DNA of 49,541 nucleotides, taken from the NCBI GenBank assembly GCA_964389005.1, contig CAYMCV010000001.1:4957-54497 (forward strand), given 5' to 3'. Shown one piece after another: positions 1-8,502 of the stretch (within the stretch, counting starts at the first letter, position 1; the number at the start of each line of letters is the position of its first letter). The translations under genes and the position numbers were made by a program. The DNA comes from an uncultured Lachnospiraceae bacterium (GTDB lineage Bacteria; Bacillota; Clostridia; Lachnospirales; Lachnospiraceae). The notes below the pieces were generated by a model. The model ran no database searches and was not told where the DNA came from. It saw only the letters and a list, made by a program, of their open reading frames with translations.

Positions 1-54
1 ATAGTCTTCAAGGCAGAAGCCTTTTAGATAAAACACATTGGGAGGAATGGTTAT

Positions 55-1449
55 ATGGGCACAAAAAAAGAACCGGAAAAGAAAGGCGGAGATTTCGAGA
101 ACGGAATCTTTGACGCACGAAAACTCGGCACACCCAAAATGTTAATTTTGGGGGTACAGCACTTGTTTGCAATGTTCGGAGCCACAGTATTGGTACCGGC
201 ATTGACGGGACTCAGCGTTTCTGCAACGTTATTGTTTGCGGGCTTGGGCACGTTATTGTTTCACTTATTGTCAAAAGGAAAGGTTCCTGCATTTTTAGGT
301 TCCTCGTTTGCTTTCTTGGGCGGATATGCAGCGGTAAAGGCTGTAGAGTCCACAATTGCGACAACAGAAGCAGAGAGATTGCCGTATGCATGCATCGGTG
401 TTGCGTGTGCGGGGTTGTTATATCTGTTGCTTGCGGGATTGATTAAGGTTTTCGGAGCGAAGAAAGTTATGAGATTCTTCCCACCGATTGTAACAGGACC
501 GATTATCATTGCCATTGGTCTGACACTTTCTCAGACGGCGGTTGACAGTTGCTCGAATAACTGGTGGATTGCGTTGGTTGCAATTGTTGTAGTGATTGTC
601 TGCAATATTTGGGGCAAAGGCATGATTAAGATTGTTCCCATTGTGTTGGGCGTTATTGCATCCTATTTGGTGGCACTTTTGTTCCAGTGTCTAGGCTGGG
701 CACAGGTATTTGATTTTACCGCAATTAAGGAAGCGGCATGGATTGGTTTGCCGGTTCAGGGCAAAGACACGGTATTCGCGATATTCAAGAATCCGGATGT
801 TTCCTTGATAATTACATCCATTATTACGATTATGCCGATTGCACTTGCAACCATGGTTGAGCATATCGGTGATATTTCGGCAATTTCCAATACAACAGGT
901 AAAAATTACATTGCTGACCCGGGATTACATAGAACACTGCTTGGAGACGGACTTGCAACGATACTTGCATCACTGTTCGGTGCTCCTGCGAATACAACTT
1001 ACGGTGAGAATACAGGCGTTCTCTCATTAACCAAGGTTTATGATCCGCGTGTCATCCGTATTGCCGCGTATTTTGCAATTTTGTTCTCATTCTCCCCGAA
1101 ATTTGCGGCTGTCATCAGCTCAATTCCGGTCGCAACCTGCGGCGGCGTATCGCTCGTACTCTACGGAATGATTTCTGCAGTCGGCGTTCGTAACGTGGTT
1201 GAGAACAAAGTTGACTTTTCCAAGAGTCGTAATGTTATTATCGCAGCACTTATTCTGGTATTGTCCATCGGAATCAAGTATAGCGCAACCGGTGCCATCG
1301 GATTTACGGTATTCGGTGTTACCATCAGTCTTTCCGGACTTGCAGTCGGTGCAATTGTCGGAATTCTGTTGAATGCGATATTGCCGGGCAAGGATTATGA
1401 GTTTGGTAAAGACCCGAAAGGGGACGAAGCGGTGAACTTCGAAGTATAA
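55..1449 (+). CDS. NCS2-family nucleobase permease (uracil/xanthine permease type)
   Basis: 464-aa polytopic membrane ORF. Motifs GVQHLFAMFGATVLVP and NTTYGENTGVLSLTKV are typical of UraA/PyrP-like permeases. GGGAGG lies 8 nt upstream of the ATG. Confidence 0.9.
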   Translation: MGTKKEPEKKGGDFENGIFDARKLGTPKMLILGVQHLFAMFGATVLVPALTGLSVSATLLFAGLGTLLFHLLSKGKVPAFLGSSFAFLGGYAAVKAVESTIATTEAERLPYACIGVACAGLLYLLLAGLIKVFGAKKVMRFFPPIVTGPIIIAIGLTLSQTAVDSCSNNWWIALVAIVVVIVCNIWGKGMIKIVPIVLGVIASYLVALLFQCLGWAQVFDFTAIKEAAWIGLPVQGKDTVFAIFKNPDVSLIITSIITIMPIALATMVEHIGDISAISNTTGKNYIADPGLHRTLLGDGLATILASLFGAPANTTYGENTGVLSLTKVYDPRVIRIAAYFAILFSFSPKFAAVISSIPVATCGGVSLVLYGMISAVGVRNVVENKVDFSKSRNVIIAALILVLSIGIKYSATGAIGFTVFGVTISLSGLAVGAIVGILLNAILPGKDYEFGKDPKGDEAVNFEV

Positions 1450-1580
1450 AATGAATCATAAGGGAATCCGATATGAGAAATTGTATTGGGTTCCTTTTTT
1501 GTCCTTGAATATTTTGAGATTATGTAATATGATGTTGTGATAGACACCAAAAGAGTATATGTAATAAGAAAGGTAAGTAA

Positions 1581-2087
1581 ATGAGCGAAGCGTATAAGGA
1601 ACTATTAATTAAGCACAAAAAAAGCAGCAAAGATCAGGCATTGGGAGTTACGATACTGGTACTTTGCTTTCTTTCTTTTGTGGCGGTATTTTTCTTCGGA
1701 CCATTGGTACTTCTGGCAACGATCGCATTAGGGATTGCATCTTATTTCACATATTTTAGTCGCATGAATGTGGAATATGAATATCTCTACATGGACAAGC
1801 AATTGAACATTGACAGGATCAACAACGAAACCAATCGTAAGAATGTTCAGATCTATCAGTTGGAGGAGATGGAGATTCTTGCACCGGCGGATTCATATCG
1901 TCTGGACAATTATCGCAAGCGCGAATGCTCCGAGAAGGACTATTCCACGGGTACCGAAGAAGCACCTGAGGGGTTGCGACATTATGTAATGTATTTAAGT
2001 GGGAATCAAAAAGTGAAGTTAACGCTTTCGGAGGAATTTGCCAACAGTATCAGGATGCATCTTCCGCAAAAAGTCTTTTTATCATAG
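1581..2087 (+). CDS. hypothetical membrane protein (two adjacent TM helices, soluble C-terminal half)
   Basis: 168-aa ORF. The hydrophobic stretch LGVTILVLCFLSFVAVFFFGPLVLLATIALGIASYFTYF is followed by a charged soluble region. No family recognised. Confidence 0.55.
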   Translation: MSEAYKELLIKHKKSSKDQALGVTILVLCFLSFVAVFFFGPLVLLATIALGIASYFTYFSRMNVEYEYLYMDKQLNIDRINNETNRKNVQIYQLEEMEILAPADSYRLDNYRKRECSEKDYSTGTEEAPEGLRHYVMYLSGNQKVKLTLSEEFANSIRMHLPQKVFLS

Positions 2088-2146
2088 GAAATCGTTTTCT
2101 TTGATAAAAACTTCATAGGATTGACAGAAATTCAGTGACTTGTTAA

Positions 2147-3631
<1,485 letters not shown>

Positions 3632-3744
3632 TGAGGGTGCATGCCGAAAGGCATGCGGAAGAATAAACGCAGATGGCTATCGATAACTGAAATACAGTGA
3701 GCGAAGACGTCTGCGTTTTGTAGCAAAAGACAGGGGAGGCAGAG

Positions 3745-5259
3745 ATGAAATTAACTGATTTGGAGCGATACAATAATATTACGATTCAGTGTCATGATAA
3801 CCCGGATGCGGATGCTATTGCATCGGCGTTTGGATTGTATAAGTATTATACCTCCAAGAATAAACATGTTCGTATTATTTATAGCGGTCACAATCCGATA
3901 CAGAAAGCCAACTTGAAATTATTGATTGATAGGATTGAGATTCCGATTGAGTTTATCCCGGACTGCGATTGGCATGTGGAAGGTTTGTTGATTACGGTGG
4001 ATTGTCAATACGGGCAAGGAAATGTCAGCAAGATACCGGCGGATGCCGTTGCGGTCATAGATCATCACCAAATAGAGATTGAAGGCAATGATATGGTTGA
4101 AATTCAATCTTATCTGGGGAGCTGTTCGACACTTGTCTGGAAAATGCTGACAGAGGCAGGGTATGATATCGAACATGACAAAAAGCTCGGTACGGCATTG
4201 TATTACGGGCTGATGACAGACACTAATAGTTTCGCGGAACTTTATCATCCGTTGGATCGCGATTTACAAGACGAGATTATCTGTGATAAGACACTCATCA
4301 ACCTATTCTGCAATTCCAATCTTTCATTAAAAGAACTGGAGATTGCAGGAATTGCCTTAATTCGTTATATCTATAATGAGAAGTATCGTTATGCCATCAT
4401 TCATGCACAGCCCTGTGATCCAAATATCCTGGGACTTATCAGTGATTTGGTGTTGCAAGTGGATGCGATTGATGTATGTGCGGTATACAACGAAATGCCG
4501 GACGGATTTAAACTATCGGTGCGCAGTTGCGTGAAGGAAGTGCGGGCAAGCGAACTGGCGGTTTATCTAACGAAAGATATCGGCGCCGGTGGCGGACATG
4601 TGGATAAAGCCGGCGGTTTCATTGGCAAGAGGAAGTATGACAAAGCCTATCCGAAGGTTCATTCGGAAGCTTTTTTCGGTATGCGTTTAACGGAATACTT
4701 TGCATCTTCTGTTGTCATATATGCACAAACCTATGACCTTGACATGACGGGTATGAAAATGTACAAAAAGAAACGCCTCCTATTGGGCTTTGCGGATCCG
4801 TTGGATTTCCTTGAAAAAGGAACGCCCGTTACAATTCGTACATTGGAAGGCGACGTTGAAGTGAAGGCAGACGGAACGTTTTATGTGATGATTGGACTCA
4901 AGGGTGAGGTTTATCCGATTGATAAAGAGAAATTTTTGAAGACATATGATATATTGAAGGAAACCTATGATTTCGATGCAGAGTATCAACCCACCATCAG
5001 GAATTGTATTGACGGTGCTGCATGGGACTTGGTAAAATATGCCAAAACGTGCCGAGCACGCGGTGTTTCGTATATCTATGCACGAGAGTTGGATGTATGC
5101 GTGAAGATTTTTACGAAGTGGGACGAAGAAAAGTATATGATGGGCAAGCCCGGAGATTTTATTGCTTGCAGGAATGATGACAGACAAGATATTTATGTAG
5201 TGGAGCGAGATATCTTTTTTAAGACCTACGAAGAGGTTGAAGAAATTGCGAAAGAATAG
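3745..5259 (+). CDS. DHH/DHHA1-family phosphoesterase with ~170-aa C-terminal extension
   Basis: DHH motifs I-IV are present (HDNPDADAIASA, ITVDCQ, VIDHHQ, GLMTDT), as is the DHHA1 motif GAGGGH. At 504 aa it is about 170 aa longer than NrnA-type enzymes. Confidence 0.8.
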   Translation: MKLTDLERYNNITIQCHDNPDADAIASAFGLYKYYTSKNKHVRIIYSGHNPIQKANLKLLIDRIEIPIEFIPDCDWHVEGLLITVDCQYGQGNVSKIPADAVAVIDHHQIEIEGNDMVEIQSYLGSCSTLVWKMLTEAGYDIEHDKKLGTALYYGLMTDTNSFAELYHPLDRDLQDEIICDKTLINLFCNSNLSLKELEIAGIALIRYIYNEKYRYAIIHAQPCDPNILGLISDLVLQVDAIDVCAVYNEMPDGFKLSVRSCVKEVRASELAVYLTKDIGAGGGHVDKAGGFIGKRKYDKAYPKVHSEAFFGMRLTEYFASSVVIYAQTYDLDMTGMKMYKKKRLLLGFADPLDFLEKGTPVTIRTLEGDVEVKADGTFYVMIGLKGEVYPIDKEKFLKTYDILKETYDFDAEYQPTIRNCIDGAAWDLVKYAKTCRARGVSYIYARELDVCVKIFTKWDEEKYMMGKPGDFIACRNDDRQDIYVVERDIFFKTYEEVEEIAKE

Positions 5260-5278
5260 TTAGCATGGGGAAGCGGAT

Positions 5279-6343
5279 ATGTCGGAAGATATCATCAGAG
5301 AAGATTTGGAAGAACTGTTTCACAGGGAAATTGATTATACACGCTTTGACGGTAAGACCGTTTTGATTACGGGTGCATACGGAATGCTTGCATCGTATCT
5401 GGTTTATATGTTGGCTTTTTTGAATGAAAAAGGTCTGCATGTTCGCGTATTGGCACTTGTCAGGAGTAAGGCTAAATTCAATGCGAAATTTGGCGAGGAT
5501 TTTACCCAAAAATATCCCGTCGAAGTCATTGAGAGTGATTTGCATCAACCGATTGAAATTACCGAGCCGATTCATTTCATGATTCATGCGGCATCCATGG
5601 CGAGTCCGGATAAGTATGTCAAGTATCCCGTTGAAGTCATTGAGCCGAATATGATGGGAACCTATCATTTACTGTCATTGGCAAGACAGAAGAATATAGA
5701 GGGTTTTTTGTTATTTTCGACCGGCGATGTATATGGAGAGGTTGATGTACCGGAACGAATTACGGAGGAAACTTATGGAAGGCTCGATCCGTTGGACCCA
5801 CACAGTTGTTATGGAGAGAGCAAGCGAATGGCAGAGACATTGTGTTGTGCTTTTTATCGAGAATACGGTGTTCCTGCGGTAAGTGCAAGAATCAGCCATA
5901 CATATGGTCCGACGATGGACACAGAACATGATCCGCGCGTATTTGCATCCATGTTAAAGTGTGCGCTTGACGGGACAGACATCATCATGCAGAGTGACGG
6001 AAGTGCATATCGTGCATTCTGCTATCTTGCGGATGCAACTGCCGCATTTATGACACTGTTGCTAAAAGGCACCCCCGGGGAAGCATATAACGTCAGCAAT
6101 ACAAATGAATTCATGAGCATTCGAACATTTGCAGAAATTGTTGCCGGTTTGCGGGATGATACAAAATGCAAAGTTGTCTGTCGTGAGAGACCGAAAGACG
6201 ATAATTATCTTGAGAATCATAGGAACCGTGGCAATCTTTTAATCAACGACAAACTCCGAGAACTTGGGTGGGGCGCAAAATACACAACACGAGAAGGCAT
6301 GATGAGAACTATGACTTATCTGCAGAATGCGAGGCGGAAATGA
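5279..6343 (+). CDS. NAD-dependent epimerase/dehydratase (extended SDR, UDP-sugar decarboxylase/dehydratase-like)
   Basis: Rossmann motif VLITGAYGMLASY and catalytic YGESK (YxxxK). 354 aa. Confidence 0.85.
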   Translation: MSEDIIREDLEELFHREIDYTRFDGKTVLITGAYGMLASYLVYMLAFLNEKGLHVRVLALVRSKAKFNAKFGEDFTQKYPVEVIESDLHQPIEITEPIHFMIHAASMASPDKYVKYPVEVIEPNMMGTYHLLSLARQKNIEGFLLFSTGDVYGEVDVPERITEETYGRLDPLDPHSCYGESKRMAETLCCAFYREYGVPAVSARISHTYGPTMDTEHDPRVFASMLKCALDGTDIIMQSDGSAYRAFCYLADATAAFMTLLLKGTPGEAYNVSNTNEFMSIRTFAEIVAGLRDDTKCKVVCRERPKDDNYLENHRNRGNLLINDKLRELGWGAKYTTREGMMRTMTYLQNARRK

Positions 6344-7323
6344 AAACAATCAGTATCATGATACCATGCTATAATGAAGAAGAGAACGTTTCGCCGATTG
6401 CCGATGCAATCACGGCGTTGTTTGACAACGAATTGTCTTCTTACAATTATGAGTTGATTTTTATCGATAATGCGTCGACTGACCATACACGCGACATCTT
6501 ACGTATGATGTGTGAAAAGAACAAACGTATCAAAGCAATTTTTAACGTGCGTAATTTTGGGCAGAATAATTCGCCATATTATGGGTTATTGCAGACAACG
6601 GGCGACTGTACCGTATTGATGAGTTGTGATTTTCAGGATCCCGTGGAATTGATTCCGGAATTCGTACGCGAATGGGAGAACGGATATACACTGGTTACGG
6701 CAATTAAGAACGGAAGCAAGGAAAACAAGATTGTTTATTTATTTCGGAGCATGTACTACCGGATGTTTCGGAACATGAGCAATATTCAGCCGATTGAGCA
6801 CTTTACGGGGTTTGGATTGTATGACCGTGATTTTGTCAATATTTTACGGAAACTTGAAGACCCTACGCCATTCCTGCGCGGCACGGTTGCAGAATACGCT
6901 TACAATCGTAAAGAGGTATTTTTTGTGCAACCCAAGCGTAAAAACGGCAAAACACATAATAACTTCTTATCGCTTTACGATATTGCGATGCGTTCTTTTA
7001 CAAGTTATACCAAACTCGGAATCAGAACGATGTCAATCATCAGTTTTATTCTGGGGGTGTTGAGCATCATTGCTGCAATTGTTTACTTTATTCTGAAATT
7101 GCTTTTTTGGTACAATTACCCGACGGGAGCCGCACCGATTCTGCTTGCGGTATTGATTCTCGGTTGTTTTCAGTTGTTTTTTATCGGACTGCTCGGAGAG
7201 TATCTTTTTAACATGAATGAGCGAATTATCAACAGGCCGTTGGTGGTTGAAGAGGAGCGTATCAATTTCGATTCCGATGAGGTAATATGTCAAGAAAACC
7301 ATTCGGGAAAATCGAGCAGATAA
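6340..7323 (+). CDS. family-2 glycosyltransferase, polyprenyl-phosphate type (GtrB/ArnC/DPM1-like) with two C-terminal TM helices
   Basis: MKTISIMIPCYNEEENV, FIDNASTDHT and CDFQDP, with C-terminal TM helices. The ATG at 6340 overlaps the upstream stop (ATGA), so the ORF-track start at 6268 is an in-frame upstream extension. Confidence 0.85.
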   Translation: MKTISIMIPCYNEEENVSPIADAITALFDNELSSYNYELIFIDNASTDHTRDILRMMCEKNKRIKAIFNVRNFGQNNSPYYGLLQTTGDCTVLMSCDFQDPVELIPEFVREWENGYTLVTAIKNGSKENKIVYLFRSMYYRMFRNMSNIQPIEHFTGFGLYDRDFVNILRKLEDPTPFLRGTVAEYAYNRKEVFFVQPKRKNGKTHNNFLSLYDIAMRSFTSYTKLGIRTMSIISFILGVLSIIAAIVYFILKLLFWYNYPTGAAPILLAVLILGCFQLFFIGLLGEYLFNMNERIINRPLVVEEERINFDSDEVICQENHSGKSSR

Positions 7324-7336
7324 AAGAGAAAAAGGG

Positions 7337-7365
7337 TTGACGTTCGTAATTTCTCATGCTATACT
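7337..7365 (+). promoter_or_regulatory. sigma-A-type promoter for the BlaI-family gene
   Basis: TTGACG (7337-7342), 17-nt spacer, TATACT (7360-7365). Confidence 0.55.
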
Positions 7366-7405
7366 ACAAACACGAAACAGATATCGTATTATTTAGGAGG
7401 ACAAA

Positions 7406-7774
7406 ATGATGAAAGCACAACATGTAACGGAATGCGAATTGCTGGTTATGAAAAGTATCTGGTCAAAAGAAGACGATATGGCACTTCCTGCAATTGTAAG
7501 TCTTGTAAACGAGACTTATGGCAAGACATGGGCACCTCAGACTGTATCTACATTTTTAAAGAGACTCGTTACCAGAGGATTCTTGAGAATGTACCGTCAG
7601 GGAAGATCTTTTTACTATCATGAGATTATTTCCGAGAAGGAATACAGCCAGTTGGTAATCGTTGACAGCGTTGATTTTTGGTGGGGCGGTGATGCTGCCG
7701 AAATGTTAAAAGCATTTAACGAGCAGAGAAAACTTACCAAAGAAGAGAAAGCTGCGATTAAGAAGTTACTGTAG
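7406..7774 (+). CDS. BlaI/MecI/CopY-family winged-helix transcriptional repressor
   Basis: 122 aa. The sequence ECELLVMKSIWSKED...APQTVSTFLKRLVTRGFL...GRSFYY is the typical penicillinase-repressor fold signature. No C-terminal CxCxxxxCxC copper hook. Confidence 0.85.
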   Translation: MMKAQHVTECELLVMKSIWSKEDDMALPAIVSLVNETYGKTWAPQTVSTFLKRLVTRGFLRMYRQGRSFYYHEIISEKEYSQLVIVDSVDFWWGGDAAEMLKAFNEQRKLTKEEKAAIKKLL

Positions 7775-7805
7775 TTGTCGGAAGGGGTATTTGGAAGAAT
7801 ATAGC

Positions 7806-7857
7806 GAGGTCTGTGACGGTGAATTGTTATACAATTGATTGAGCAGACCTCGTTTTT
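7806..7857 (+). terminator. hairpin + T-tract after the BlaI-family gene, with a 15-bp palindrome at its tip
   Basis: Stem GAGGTCTG (7806-7813) pairs with CAGACCTC (7844-7851), followed by GTTTTT. The apical palindrome is AATTGT-TAT-ACAATT (7822-7836). Confidence 0.6.
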
Positions 7858-7876
7858 ACGTTGATGGAGAGTGAAC

Positions 7877-8347
7877 ATGCATGATGATACAATCGATGGG
7901 CGACAGGATATGAATGTAATAGAGGAAGAATTGAAAAAAGTAAGAGGGAGCGAGCCGGAGGTATCGGAGAATTGGTCGGACAGGCAAATGATTGATGAGG
8001 AACATCGGGAATTTGATATTATGTATCGCCTGATGAAAAAGATGAAACAGAATCTTTGCTTTATGGAAGACCTTTTATCTGAGGGAATGCAACGCCAGTA
8101 TCAACGTCGAAAGTGGAAATTGTATGAGGAGAGTTTCTGCGATTTTTATGCAGATGCGCTCAAAGAATATGAGGATGAAGAACTATCGCTGTCGGGAATT
8201 AAGAATGTTGTCTACAATAAAGAAGAAATCGGTAGTATCTTGACCAAATTGCAAGACTTTCGGAAGGAAATCGAAGCCATGGAACGGCACATGGAATACT
8301 TTGGGAACATAAAGCTATTGCAACCGGATGAAAAAGAAGATTTATAA
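7877..8347 (+). CDS. hypothetical acidic, helical cytoplasmic protein
   Basis: About 156 aa from the ATG at 7877, with GGAGAG 5 nt upstream. E/D/K-rich, no TM helix, no recognisable motif. AT-rich codon usage matches the downstream TIR gene. Confidence 0.55.
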   Translation: MHDDTIDGRQDMNVIEEELKKVRGSEPEVSENWSDRQMIDEEHREFDIMYRLMKKMKQNLCFMEDLLSEGMQRQYQRRKWKLYEESFCDFYADALKEYEDEELSLSGIKNVVYNKEEIGSILTKLQDFRKEIEAMERHMEYFGNIKLLQPDEKEDL

Positions 8348-8365
8348 TTCAATAGAGAAATATGC

Positions 8366-8394
8366 TTGACAAATGTGAAGCGGTTTGATATTAT
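8366..8394 (+). promoter_or_regulatory. sigma-A-type promoter for the TIR gene (a second candidate lies at 8429-8457)
   Basis: TTGACA (8366-8371), 17 nt, TATTAT (8389-8394). The alternative is TTGACG-17-TATCAT at 8429-8457. The track's TTG start at 8413 would place a promoter inside the ORF, so it is unlikely. Confidence 0.5.
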
Positions 8395-8502
8395 CGGATT
8401 GATAATAACAAATTGCTTTTTTGTTTTATTGACGATTTTAATCAGAATGGTTATCATAAGAATAGTGGTTGCGTTAAACGACACGCAGAAATGGAGAGTG
8501 TT

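Noticed and set aside
1-54. PyrR-type attenuator upstream of the nucleobase permease
   Set aside because: Only a weak AAGGC-AGAA-GCCTT hairpin is visible. The leader is truncated by the window start, so it cannot be evaluated.
3639-3720. Two hairpins after guaB (GCATGCC-GAAA-GGCATGC, and ACGCAGA...TCTGCGT + TTTT)
   Set aside because: The first has no U-tract. The second has a ~36-nt loop, so it is at best a weak terminator. It was not strong enough to list as a feature or to treat as a regulatory element.
7406-7774. Calling the BlaI-family protein CopY (copper repressor of the downstream copA)
   Set aside because: It lacks the C-terminal CxCxxxxCxC metal-binding motif. No TACAnnTGTA cop box was found before isf/copA. 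It is separated from copA by 4.3 kb and a terminator.
8413-8502. ORF-track TTG start of the TIR gene (extra 30 N-terminal residues)
   Set aside because: The extension would include a promoter-like TTGACG-17-TATCAT element and has no SD site. ATG 8503 has GGAG at the proper spacing, and the TIR domain begins 7 residues later.
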